A stretch of 64,000 bases of DNA from the NCBI GenBank assembly GCA_965215015.1, contig OZ244042.1, positions 352,001-416,000 on the forward strand, in the 5' to 3' direction. This document shows positions 39,640-49,065 of the stretch, in pieces. Numbering within the stretch: the stretch's first letter is position 1; every line of letters starts with the position of its first letter. The notes beneath the pieces are model-generated. The model searched no databases. It was not told where the DNA came from and was given only the letters and a program-made list of their open reading frames with translations. The DNA is from Candidatus Poribacteria bacterium. GTDB lineage: Bacteria; Poribacteria; WGA-4E; PCPOR2b. The translations under genes and the position numbers were made by a program.

Positions 39640-40275
39640 CTAATTCTGTTGGCTTGGGGCTGCAAGGATGCCACGTACGGATGCCATCTCCTGCTCCCGT
39701 ACGATGGCTCGTACATTCGGGGCACGGACGAGCAGTAAGCCAAGGAGCACATCGTGGGAGTGGCCACACGGAAACGCGACCTTGTCGAGGGTTCCATCCA
39801 CCTCTTCCATCTCTCCTAGTTTCATTAACCCCCCAGCAATGGCAGAGATGCGCCGGTCAGCGCGTCTGCCCTCGCCATCAGCCCGCACTTGGTAAATCCC
39901 TTCTCCAAGACTATCAACCGTGATGGTTAATCCTGACTTTTTGTCCAAAATCTGCAAGGGACGGGGTTCCACCGAATCGTTCGGGGAGAGCTTACACGCC
40001 TCCAGAAAAGCGCGTCTGCAAGCCAGTTGATGTCCCATACCACAGGGAAACCGGAGCAGCCCATTCGCGTCCATAACCAAGTTCCCCAAGCGTGTCATCG
40101 CATCAACCACAAACTGAATACGCTCTTGAGCCCCTTCCATCTGGCTGTAGGTATGCACTAAAAATAGGGGACTCTCATCGCGCCCCTGTTGGTATAAGGC
40201 GATTGTTATATCGTGGAAATGAGGGTCCATCGGGACCAATTCAATGCGTTTCCCAATATCGACCGTTTGACCCAT
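39640..40275 (-). CDS. Hypothetical protein with two FPCG..H motifs; first gene of the methyl-transfer cluster
   Basis: Open ORF with GAGGAGG RBS before ATG 40275; 9 bp from the next gene. Confidence 0.7.
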   Translation of the reverse strand: MGQTVDIGKRIELVPMDPHFHDITIALYQQGRDESPLFLVHTYSQMEGAQERIQFVVDAMTRLGNLVMDANGLLRFPCGMGHQLACRRAFLEACKLSPNDSVEPRPLQILDKKSGLTITVDSLGEGIYQVRADGEGRRADRRISAIAGGLMKLGEMEEVDGTLDKVAFPCGHSHDVLLGLLLVRAPNVRAIVREQEMASVRGILAAPSQQN

Positions 40276-40424
40276 GGCTACCTCCTCGTTAGGAATGAAT
40301 CGAGTGCCGATTTCGTTGGATTGTTCCAATGCCTACGAAACCGTGGATCCACAATTCCGTAAGCGTTGTTCGAACGTAACGGAATCAGGACCGGTTGGCG
40401 GCTAGATTATAATTTTTGCTCATG

Positions 40425-40588
40425 TAGGAGTTACGCACGTGAGCTTGTAGTCGCGCAATTCAACCCGCGTCTTTAAGGGAGTCGGCATACGCCCTATGCC
40501 GTACCCCCCCTAAGAACACCCCCGCTTGAGGAGGGTCTATGAGTCACCGACAATACGAGGGGTTGAACGTTCAACTACCTAAATCCGA
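40425..40588. mobile_element. MITE family B with both ends
   Basis: Left end TAGGAGTTACGCA; right end is the degenerate reverse complement of TAGGATTTACGCAGTTGAACGTTCAAACCCTCGTA seen at 51943 (shorter copy at 15141); internal REP palindromes. Confidence 0.65.
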
Positions 40589-40701
40589 TCATGTTAAGAA
40601 ATCGTGCAACAGAAACCAAATTTTCAAGAAAAACTCGGTTTCTACTAGCGTTTTGCACTTTACTTTTTACATGAACTATAATTTTTAGTTCTTAATTTGG
40701 C

Positions 40702-40747
40702 TTGACAACAGAGCGTTTTAGCCGCATAATAATTAATGGTCTGACCT
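40702..40747 (+). promoter_or_regulatory. Sigma70 promoter with a FadR-type operator
   Basis: TTGACA(40702)-17 bp-CATAAT(40725); TGGTCTGACCT at 40737-40747 fits the FadR-subfamily TNGT-N3-ACNA consensus with one mismatch. Confidence 0.6.
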
Positions 40748-40810
40748 TTGCGGAATAAGTTTAACTCAAAATTGAGAAATTGTAAAGCAAAATTTTCACT
40801 ATCCTACACT

Positions 40811-41548
40811 ATGAAAGCCCAAAAACAAGAAAAATTGGCAATGAAGGAGATGAAGCCCGATACTCGCACCTCCCTGAGTGATGGGATTGTAGAGCAGATG
40901 GTTGACCTTATTTCCCGGGACGTGCTGAAACCCGGGGACCGGTTGCCTTCTGAGAGGAAATTGTGTAAGCGATTGGGGGTAGGACGGAGTTCCTTAAGAG
41001 AAGCCCTGCGTTCGCTCGCTGTCATGGGGATTATAGACGGACGGGTTGGAGATGGCACCTTTGTTTCTAACAGTAACCAGCGGTATCTAGAGAAAACGCT
41101 ACAGTGGGGGTTGCTGCTTGACCGTAAAAAGGTCCAAGACCTTATCGAAACCCGGCTCATGCTAGAATCCCAGACAGCGTTTTTGGCTGCTCAGCGAGTT
41201 ACAGCGGAAAATATTGAGGCAATCGAGGAAACCTTGCGGGGGATGGAAGCATCGATCGAGCAGCCTGAAAAATACTTAGAATTTGATTTACAGTTTCACC
41301 TGACCATTGCACGCGCAACGCAAAATTCGATACTCTATAGCCTCCTGAGCATGATACGGGGTTATCTACAAGAGTGGATCAAAGGAAGTCTCACTGAGCC
41401 GTCAACAACTCAAACGGAGACGCGGGCGAAATTGTCTTTACAAGAGCACCAGAAAATTCTCCATGCCCTCCGAAAGGGAGAAGCGGGGCAGGCGCAACAG
41501 GCGATGACAGAACATATTCTCTCCAGTAGCGTTGATCTTCAGAGGTGA
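40811..41548 (+). CDS. GntR/FadR-family transcriptional regulator
   Basis: LKPGDRLPSERKL...GVGRSSLREAL...GDGTFV; FCD domain DLQFH...EHQKI. Start uncertain (40748-40850). Confidence 0.92.
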   Translation: MKAQKQEKLAMKEMKPDTRTSLSDGIVEQMVDLISRDVLKPGDRLPSERKLCKRLGVGRSSLREALRSLAVMGIIDGRVGDGTFVSNSNQRYLEKTLQWGLLLDRKKVQDLIETRLMLESQTAFLAAQRVTAENIEAIEETLRGMEASIEQPEKYLEFDLQFHLTIARATQNSILYSLLSMIRGYLQEWIKGSLTEPSTTQTETRAKLSLQEHQKILHALRKGEAGQAQQAMTEHILSSSVDLQR

Positions 41549-41772
41549 TGGCATTCTCTTTGACAAGTGATTTCAGAGGTCCTATAACTATTTTGGTTTG
41601 TCAAATGTTTTGGAAATTCCCGCCGCAATAGACTAGTGCCAAATACCTGAATGTGATGAAAGCACAGCTTTCGCTTGCATAAAATCAAGCAAGTCCCACC
41701 CATTTTTTCTACATAGCACAAGTTGCCCTCTATCTTAGAGAAGCCGGGTTTCTCATTCACCTTTAGACTTTT

Positions 41773-41902
41773 GCACTTGAGTTTGTAGTCGCGCAATTCA
41801 TTGCGCGTCTTTAAGGGAGTCGGCATACGCCGTATGCCATCCCTCTTCCCCCGCTAAGCCCCCGCGTTCTTCCCCCTCCGCTTGCGGGGGGACTGAGGGG
41901 GG
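41773..41902. repeat. Family B composite repeat
   Basis: GCACTTGAGTTTGTAGTCGCGCAATTCATTGCGCGTCTTTAAGGGAGTCGGCATACGCCGTATGCC followed by CCGCTTGCGGGGGGACTGAGGGGGG. Confidence 0.8.
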
Positions 41903-42093
41903 TTCTTGCGATGAAGATGAGACTACTTTTGAAGATGCTGCATCCCAAACAGTTATACAAATCCCCAAAGAATTGCTTCCTATCGTTCGTGAGCTTCTAG
42001 GCTAAACATTTAGGTTGAGTCAGCACGTGCCAACCGGATGGAGCCTACAAACTCCCCCACTGCCACAGATTAGACTGAGAACGCACCACGCTG

Positions 42094-42810
42094 TCAACCC
42101 GTCACCCGCCGAAAGTAATCCTCAAGTCCACCCCTGGGCGTGAATCCAAGAATCCGTTTCGCTTTCTCAACCTGATATTTTCCCTGCGCGAAATAGCTCA
42201 GTAGATTGAAGGATTGGAAATTACCCGGAACAGATTCAATCTCTAATGCCAAACGGCAGGCGTGTTGCAAGTCTTCCCACACCACCGTGAAGGGCGGAAA
42301 GTCACCCTGAGTGACAGCTTCTGTCGGCTTCGGACCGAGACCGTTAAAGAGAAAACAGACTGTTTGGATATCGTATGTTCGCGAGAAAATTTCGCATATC
42401 TCCATACTAAGGTACTTGGTAATTCCGTAATAGCCGACACCCGGTGCTAACGGCACATCGTCAATGTCAAATTCGTGGTCGTATGCGTGACGAATTGATT
42501 GGGGCCCGGTGTGAACTACCTTTTTGATGCCGAGTGCGGCTGCGGCTTTCATCACGTGATATGCCCCCTTCGTACTCACCTCAAAACTCACCACCGGATC
42601 ATCGCGAAGGACGGTAAAATTCATGAGGGCATCCATCCCGCGGCACGCCTCCAACACAGCCGGATATGAGGTTACGTCAACATTGATAATTGGCTTTCCG
42701 TCTGGATGGGGCACAATATCCGAGAGATATAAATCGTAATCTTTCTCCAAATCTGGCGTGACGTAAGGGGCGATATTGCCAGACGCGCCCAGCACAAGCA
42801 CTTTTTTCAT
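42094..42810 (-). CDS. NAD-dependent epimerase/dehydratase (uronate dehydrogenase-like extended SDR)
   Basis: VLVLGASGNIA, YGITK (YxxxK), KAKRILGFTP. Confidence 0.8.
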   Translation of the reverse strand: MKKVLVLGASGNIAPYVTPDLEKDYDLYLSDIVPHPDGKPIINVDVTSYPAVLEACRGMDALMNFTVLRDDPVVSFEVSTKGAYHVMKAAAALGIKKVVHTGPQSIRHAYDHEFDIDDVPLAPGVGYYGITKYLSMEICEIFSRTYDIQTVCFLFNGLGPKPTEAVTQGDFPPFTVVWEDLQHACRLALEIESVPGNFQSFNLLSYFAQGKYQVEKAKRILGFTPRGGLEDYFRRVTG

Positions 42811-42871
42811 GGTTGAATTCTCCTATGCGTGAACGGTAAAACGTAAAATATGATTGCGTAGACGAGCACCT

Positions 42872-43642
42872 TCATTCGCTCTGCCCAGATGGGGCGGCAG
42901 TTTTCAGATAGAGACTCTGAAAATCGTGAACAGGTTGATATCCGACCCCTCGTGCTTGATCAATTAGGAACTTGGGATTGGGAATATCCGCACAGATATG
43001 ATAAGTCGCCCACCGTTGCGTCCACCATGCACTGTTGCTACTGTCGCGATTCAAAACACAGCGGAATGCACCCGCGGCATCGCGGATATCGAGCCACGCC
43101 AGGTTGGGGGCTTCTCCTTGAACGGCTTCCTCAAGTACCAATTCTCCCAACCGTAACCCTGTCACCGTAACGAGGTGCTCCCGCGCAAACTCGCGGGCGG
43201 TCAGCTCACCCAAATACTTTGTCATCTCCACAATTTCCGGCGATGGGAGGGGCTTCCAAAGCTCGGTGATATACACATCGTCAGTGTAGGCATTGAAAAT
43301 AGATAAGGTGCTCGCATAGATAAGTTTCTTTATCCCCGCTTCAACCGCCGCGCTAAAGAGGACGTGTGTACCTCGCGTCGCCAAGTCAAGCAGCATCTGC
43401 TCGCGTTTTAATTGATCAGACGGCAAGTCAGTCGGCGGCTCGCCGGTATGGATCAAGGTATCGATTCCCCGAACCGCCTCCCACGAATCATCAGGATCCA
43501 AGATGTTCCCCTGAATAAAGCCGCAGCCCTCTGCTACGTCAACCGGTACACTGTCCATAAAGCGAATACTATGGTCATCCTTTAGTTCAGTTGCTATTGC
43601 TTGTGCTAGTTGACTGGATGCACCGGTGATAAGAATGTTCAT
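42872..43642 (-). CDS. NAD-dependent epimerase/dehydratase family protein lacking the catalytic Tyr
   Basis: ILITGASSQLA, LIYAST, VEMTKY at the YxxxK position. Confidence 0.75.
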   Translation of the reverse strand: MNILITGASSQLAQAIATELKDDHSIRFMDSVPVDVAEGCGFIQGNILDPDDSWEAVRGIDTLIHTGEPPTDLPSDQLKREQMLLDLATRGTHVLFSAAVEAGIKKLIYASTLSIFNAYTDDVYITELWKPLPSPEIVEMTKYLGELTAREFAREHLVTVTGLRLGELVLEEAVQGEAPNLAWLDIRDAAGAFRCVLNRDSSNSAWWTQRWATYHICADIPNPKFLIDQARGVGYQPVHDFQSLYLKTAAPSGQSE

Positions 43643-44039
43643 CGGGTTACCTCCTTCGCATTTTCGTTCATCATATCAGAAAGCTTTGAACCTGTCAATT
43701 TTTTTCCTTCCCTCCACTGAAAGATGGTATAATGAATGAGGGGTGCTCATAAATAGCCCCTCGGTTGGGTTGAACGGATAAGCCCCAATCTCTACCCACA
43801 TCAACCGGTGTTCGGCGTGTCAGCGATAAGCATTTTGTAAAAAGTGTTAGATTTTGTTAGATTCTGTTAGGTTTGCCCAACGTTTAGCGGAGCGGGCCTA
43901 CTCCTGTTTCCCACTTTAGTAGGACCGGAGGTTGGGGCACAACTCCTGTTCACCCCAACTCCGTTCCGAGAGTCTGCGACCGACATGCTGTCAAATGTCA
44001 ACAGAACTTACCTAGGGAGTCAGGGGATCGCATGTAAAT

Positions 44040-44163
44040 GAGGGGTGCTCATAAATAGGTTTTGATGTGTTTATCTCTTAACACCTCTCCAACCCCTTAC
44101 GATTGACCCAGGTGCCCTTGCCTGAACGCCGCTATAATGCGTCTCCAATTATGCACACCCCTC
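44040..44163. mobile_element. MITE family A, copy 2
   Basis: GAGGGGTGCTCATAAAT...AATTATGCACACCCCTC inverted ends; homologous to 6415-6552; left end repeated at 43736-43756. Confidence 0.75.
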
Positions 44164-44246
44164 ATAATAAATAGGGGAAGGTGTGCACCGCGGTTACACC
44201 GCCCGATGCCAATGGAGTGCTGTCAATATTAAGAAAGGATAGTCCC

Positions 44247-46577
44247 TTGCAAAACGGTCAGTATCGCCAAATCAAGAGAGTTGCTGTAGTTGGGGCAGGG
44301 ACAATGGGATCTCAGATCGCCGCCCATATTGCCAACGTCGGGATACCGTGCGATTTGCTAGATATCCCGCCCACGAAACTGACCGTGGAAGAGCGTGCCA
44401 GGCACTTGACGATCGATAGCCTCGCTGTGCGGAATCGAATCTCGCAATCGGCTTTGGATCGGATGAAAAGTGTGAAAACTCGCTCGCCGTTTTATACCCC
44501 CGATGCAGCGGAGTTGATTCGTAGCGGCAACTTTCACGACCACGTCGAATGGCTGGCGGAGGCAGACTGGATTATCGAGGCTGTGGTCGAAAACTTGGAG
44601 GTCAAGAAACAGGTCCATGCGCGGATTGATCAGCATCGCAGGCGCGGCACACTTGTGACCTCCAACACCTCCGGCATTTCAATTCGCGCCATCGCTGAAG
44701 ACCTCTCGGAGGATTATCAGGAGTGCTTTCTCGGCACACATTTCTTCAATCCACCGCGCTATATGTACCTAATCGAGCTCATTCCGACGGCTGCAACTCG
44801 CCCGGATCTGGTCGAATTCATCTCTGATTTTGCGGAATACACCCTTGGTAAAGGGATTGTCCGTTGTAAAGATACGCCGAACTTTATCGCTAACCGGATC
44901 GGCATTTTCTCAATTCTGCATACCATTCACCTGATGCTTGAAGAGGAGTATACCATCGACGAGGTGGATGCGATTACGGGCCCGCCGATGGGACGTCCTC
45001 GAAGTGCGACCTTCCGTTTGGGCGACATCATCGGGCTTGACGTTCTTGTAGATGTGGCGACCAATGTCTACGAGAATGCAACCAACGATGAGGAACGCGA
45101 GGTCTTTCAGGTTCCCGATTTTATTTTTTCGATGGTTGAAAAGGGTTGGCTCGGTGAAAAAACGGGGGGCGGCTTCTATCAAAGGCGCCGTGGCGAAAAC
45201 GGCAGCGAGATCTGGACGTTAGACTACAATACGCTTGAATATGTACCCCGTTCAGAGGTCCGATTTGATTCGATTCACGAAATCAGACGAATTGCCGACG
45301 CAGGAGAACGGTTGAAGCGACTCATTGACAGCGATGACCGTGCAGGTCAGTTCGCGTGGAAATGCCTCAACCATACGATGCGCTATGCGGCATCACGCAT
45401 CCCCGAAATCGCCGATAATCTGAGGAGTATTGACAACGTGATGAAATGGGGATTTAACTGGGAGCTTGGGATTTTTGAGGCATGGAACGCAATCGGTGTG
45501 CCAGAATCCGTTGAGCGGATGAAATCAGAGGACCACGTCATACCGTCATTCGTCGCAAAACTAGTGGATTCGGGAAGTACCTTATTTTACCAAACATCGT
45601 CCAAAAGTAAGCCTATGAAATCCAATGCAGACGCCAGCCTCATCGACATGGGCGAGGGCGTCCTATGTCTCGAATTTCACAGCAAGATGAACACGATTGA
45701 TAACCCAAGCATTGAGATGATGTTTGAAGCCCTTGATGAGGTGGAATGCAATTTTGAGGGGTTGGTCATCGGGAATCACGCGGACAACTTCTCCGTTGGT
45801 GCCAACCTCGCTCTGATGCTTGAGCGGGCCCGGAACGGAGATTGGAAGACACTTGAGACGATGATCTCCGCTTACCAAAGGGCAAACATGAAATTCAGAC
45901 TTTCACCCAAGCCGGTGGTCGCCGCCCCTGCTGGTATGACCTTGGGTGGTGGATGCGAAATCGCATTCGGGGCAGATTCCATCTGCGCTGCTGCCGAAAC
46001 TTACATCGGTCTGGTTGAGACGGGTGTTGGACTTATCCCCGCTGCAGGCGGTGTAAAAGAGATGGCAATCCGCTGCCTAGAGGGGGTTCCCTTGGATGAG
46101 GACGTTGAACCGTTTCCACACGTTAAGCGTGCCTTTGAAACTATCGCCTATGCCAAAGTATCTGAGAGTGCTGCACACGCAAAGATACTCGGCTATCTCC
46201 GCGATGCAGACACTATTTCAATTAATCGAGCGCATCAACTTCACAATGCCAAGCAGCTAGCACTAGCGATGGCAGCAGATGGGTATCAGGTACCTCAACC
46301 GAGACAGGTATTTGTGCTGGGCGGGACGGGACTTGACCGCTTGAGATTAGAGATTAATCTTGCGCGCCGCACCGGGCATCTCAGTGACCACGATGTGAAA
46401 ATCTTGAATCAACTCGCGTATGTCCTCTGTGGTGGGGCACCTTCCACTCCGCAATTTGTATCCGAGGACTATCTCCTTGAACTGGAACGCGAAGCATTTC
46501 TCGGACTCTGCGGTGAGGAAAAAACACATCAACGGATTGAGTACACCCTCAAGACAGGCAAGCCGTTGAAGAATTAG
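44247..46577 (+). CDS. fadN: 3-hydroxyacyl-CoA dehydrogenase/enoyl-CoA hydratase (FadN-like)
   Basis: VAVVGAGTMGSQIA, SNTSG, THFFNPPRYM, NFSVGANL, LGGGCE, GLVETGVGLIP, TGKPLKN; TTG start with AAGGA RBS. Confidence 0.9.
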   Translation: MQNGQYRQIKRVAVVGAGTMGSQIAAHIANVGIPCDLLDIPPTKLTVEERARHLTIDSLAVRNRISQSALDRMKSVKTRSPFYTPDAAELIRSGNFHDHVEWLAEADWIIEAVVENLEVKKQVHARIDQHRRRGTLVTSNTSGISIRAIAEDLSEDYQECFLGTHFFNPPRYMYLIELIPTAATRPDLVEFISDFAEYTLGKGIVRCKDTPNFIANRIGIFSILHTIHLMLEEEYTIDEVDAITGPPMGRPRSATFRLGDIIGLDVLVDVATNVYENATNDEEREVFQVPDFIFSMVEKGWLGEKTGGGFYQRRRGENGSEIWTLDYNTLEYVPRSEVRFDSIHEIRRIADAGERLKRLIDSDDRAGQFAWKCLNHTMRYAASRIPEIADNLRSIDNVMKWGFNWELGIFEAWNAIGVPESVERMKSEDHVIPSFVAKLVDSGSTLFYQTSSKSKPMKSNADASLIDMGEGVLCLEFHSKMNTIDNPSIEMMFEALDEVECNFEGLVIGNHADNFSVGANLALMLERARNGDWKTLETMISAYQRANMKFRLSPKPVVAAPAGMTLGGGCEIAFGADSICAAAETYIGLVETGVGLIPAAGGVKEMAIRCLEGVPLDEDVEPFPHVKRAFETIAYAKVSESAAHAKILGYLRDADTISINRAHQLHNAKQLALAMAADGYQVPQPRQVFVLGGTGLDRLRLEINLARRTGHLSDHDVKILNQLAYVLCGGAPSTPQFVSEDYLLELEREAFLGLCGEEKTHQRIEYTLKTGKPLKN

Positions 46578-46600
46578 ATGTAAACTCAGGTCGTTATCTT

Positions 46601-47443
46601 ATGAAATTTGGTGAACTTGAACTTTTTGTAATAAGCGATGGCACATTCCGGTTGGACGGAGGTGCCATGTTCGGTACGATACCGAAGGTGCTGTGGGAGC
46701 GCACCAATCCTGCTGATGAGCGTAACCGAATCCTCATGGGACTAAACTGCCTGTTGATTCGGACAGCCACAGAGAACATTCTGGTCGATACCGGACTCGG
46801 CACTGCCTACGATGAAAAATTCGCCTTTCTGTATGACGTCGACAAATCGCAGACAGAATTGCTGAGAAGCCTCGCGGCGGCAGGGGTACAAGCGGCGGAT
46901 ATCAGCAAAGTCATTTTAACACATCTGCATTTCGACCACGCAGGCGGCAATTGCTTTCGAGCGGGGGAGGGAGAATTCAAACCCACATTTCCGAACGCCC
47001 TCTATTACATAAATCAGGGTGAATTGGCATATGCAAAAAAACCTGACCCGCGCAGCAAACCCAGTTATCTCCCACACACTTGGAAGCCACTTGAAAAGCG
47101 AGGACAGATTGCTCTCGTCTCCGGGGACGAGGAAGTTGCCCCCGGCGTGGCAATACTGTCTGCATCGGGACATACACCAAACCATCAGATTGTTACGGCG
47201 CGATCGGGCGGGAGGACTGCGTGTTTTCTGGCAGACTTAGTGCCAACACCTTCGCACCTGAAAACGCATTATGTCATGGGATTTGATCTCGATCCTTTGA
47301 CTGCAATGGAAAATAAGGAACGGGTGTTGAAACAGGCACAATCGGAAAACTGGCTACTCATTTTTGAACATTCGTCGGATATCAAAGCGGGTTACTTGAC
47401 CGAGAATCTGAAGATTGAACCGGTCGAGCTCGCCACCCTGTGA
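46601..47443 (+). CDS. MBL-fold metallo-hydrolase (YtnP-like)
   Basis: FRLDGGAMFG.IPK.LW, THLHFDHAGG, GHT, VMGFD, FEH. Confidence 0.88.
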   Translation: MKFGELELFVISDGTFRLDGGAMFGTIPKVLWERTNPADERNRILMGLNCLLIRTATENILVDTGLGTAYDEKFAFLYDVDKSQTELLRSLAAAGVQAADISKVILTHLHFDHAGGNCFRAGEGEFKPTFPNALYYINQGELAYAKKPDPRSKPSYLPHTWKPLEKRGQIALVSGDEEVAPGVAILSASGHTPNHQIVTARSGGRTACFLADLVPTPSHLKTHYVMGFDLDPLTAMENKERVLKQAQSENWLLIFEHSSDIKAGYLTENLKIEPVELATL

Positions 47444-47515
47444 GGAAAATGTGATATCCGATACTATCGAATCACAAACCGGACCGATTCACAGTCGAAA
47501 GGAAAGAAACAGAAA

Positions 47516-48895
47516 ATGGTAGATAAAAGATATCTTCTCACTGACGATCAGATGCGGCACTTCATTGTTAATGGTTATGTAATCGTCAACACAGATCTCC
47601 CAGCGAACTTTCACGATTTTATTTACGAACAGACCGAAACAGTCTTTGAAAAGGAAGGCAATCCGGGGAATAACCTATTGCCTCGAATCCCTGAGATTCA
47701 AACGGTCTTTGATGATCAGTGGGTTATTGGTGGGTTGACCAGTGTTTTGGGCGAGGATTATTATATGCAGCCCCATCGCCATCCCCACTTTAATCAACCA
47801 AAGAGTGAAGGGCAGCGGATGCACCAAGATGGTGGCAGGCGATGGTCGCATCACACTCGCAGACTGTTGGTCTTCTACTATCCACAGGATACGCCTTTAG
47901 AACTTGGTCCCACCGGAATCGTTCCGGGGAGCCACTACTATAATACCCCTGACGGTGTAACAGTCAGCGACGAACTCCCAGTCTGCGGCAAAGCCGGCAC
48001 GGTGGCGATTGTGAACTATGATCTTTGGCACCGCGGCATGCCGAACCGTACCGACAAGAACCGTTACATGATGAAATTCCTCTTTGCCCGCATGTCAGAA
48101 CCGCAATCGCCTTCATGGAACAGTGAAAAGGTAGAGTGGGACCAAAGTAAGATTGGTAATGGTATCCATCAAAGGATGTTCCAGCACGTTTGGGACTGGC
48201 ATTATGGGAGAACTAACGGGGATATGCCAAGTAAGAGGCGACCTATGGAATCTGTATCAAAATTGATGAAAGCTATCGGAGATAATTCTGAGTCCATAGG
48301 CCTCGGTGCTGCTTATGCGTTGAGCGAATTTGGGGGGGCAGTTGCCCCTATGTTGATGGAAGCGTTTGAGGATGAATCGGAGACGATACGCCGCAATGCG
48401 TATTATGCGTTGAATGCGATAGGCCTACCTGCGGTTGACCCACTCATCGGGCGGTTGAAGCATCTAAATTCGCAGGTGCGTGAGACCGCCGCAGAGGCGT
48501 TGGGAGATATTGGCCATCCTGCACAAGCCGCCATCCCAGAATTAGCGAAAGCATTGGAGGATGAATCGGAGAGGGTTCGTGCCCGTGCGGCGGAAGCGTT
48601 GGGCACAATCGGTCAACAGGAGTCAACAGCCATTCCCGCATTAAGTGCAGCATTGCGGGATGAGGATGAACGGGTTCGGCGCGAGGTCATCCTTGCATTG
48701 GCGCGGATTGGGTCCCACGCAACGGATGCCGTTGACGCGTTGGGAGGAATGTTTTCGGATGAAAACCGGTATGTGCGCGGAGATGCGGTTCATGCCTTGT
48801 ATCGCATCGGCACGCCGGGAGCAAAGGAGATTTTACTTCGTTTTCTAATCAGGACTCGATGGTGCCCCCTAACTAGTCGAGAAAGCACGCATTAG
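47516..48895 (+). CDS. PhyH-family dioxygenase fused to HEAT/PBS-lyase repeats
   Basis: MHQDG, YYPQDTP..LGPT..VPGSH, LWHRG; C-terminal repeats L.DE...VR..AA.ALG.IG. Confidence 0.88.
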   Translation: MVDKRYLLTDDQMRHFIVNGYVIVNTDLPANFHDFIYEQTETVFEKEGNPGNNLLPRIPEIQTVFDDQWVIGGLTSVLGEDYYMQPHRHPHFNQPKSEGQRMHQDGGRRWSHHTRRLLVFYYPQDTPLELGPTGIVPGSHYYNTPDGVTVSDELPVCGKAGTVAIVNYDLWHRGMPNRTDKNRYMMKFLFARMSEPQSPSWNSEKVEWDQSKIGNGIHQRMFQHVWDWHYGRTNGDMPSKRRPMESVSKLMKAIGDNSESIGLGAAYALSEFGGAVAPMLMEAFEDESETIRRNAYYALNAIGLPAVDPLIGRLKHLNSQVRETAAEALGDIGHPAQAAIPELAKALEDESERVRARAAEALGTIGQQESTAIPALSAALRDEDERVRREVILALARIGSHATDAVDALGGMFSDENRYVRGDAVHALYRIGTPGAKEILLRFLIRTRWCPLTSRESTH

Positions 48896-48908
48896 GTAAT
48901 GGTGCTCA

Positions 48909-48937
48909 CTATCTCTCTGCCATCGGTAGGGAGATAG
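48909..48937. terminator. Hairpin between convergent genes
   Basis: CTATCTCTCTGCC-ATC-GGTAGGGAGATAG stem-loop. Confidence 0.4.
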
Positions 48938-49065
48938 CGGGCCTTTGATGGTTGATGGAGTACTCTCAGGTGGAAGGGGTTAGCTGGGTTGGCAGGTAAG
49001 ATGAGCGGATCTTGAGGGGAATATTCATCAGTAGAATGGAACTGTTCCCTAGCGCGATTTTTGTG

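Noticed and set aside
41910-42005. Small gene fragment DEDETTFEDAASQTVIQIPKELLPIVRELLG*
   Set aside because: It looks protein-like and is truncated by a repeat, but is too short to assign.
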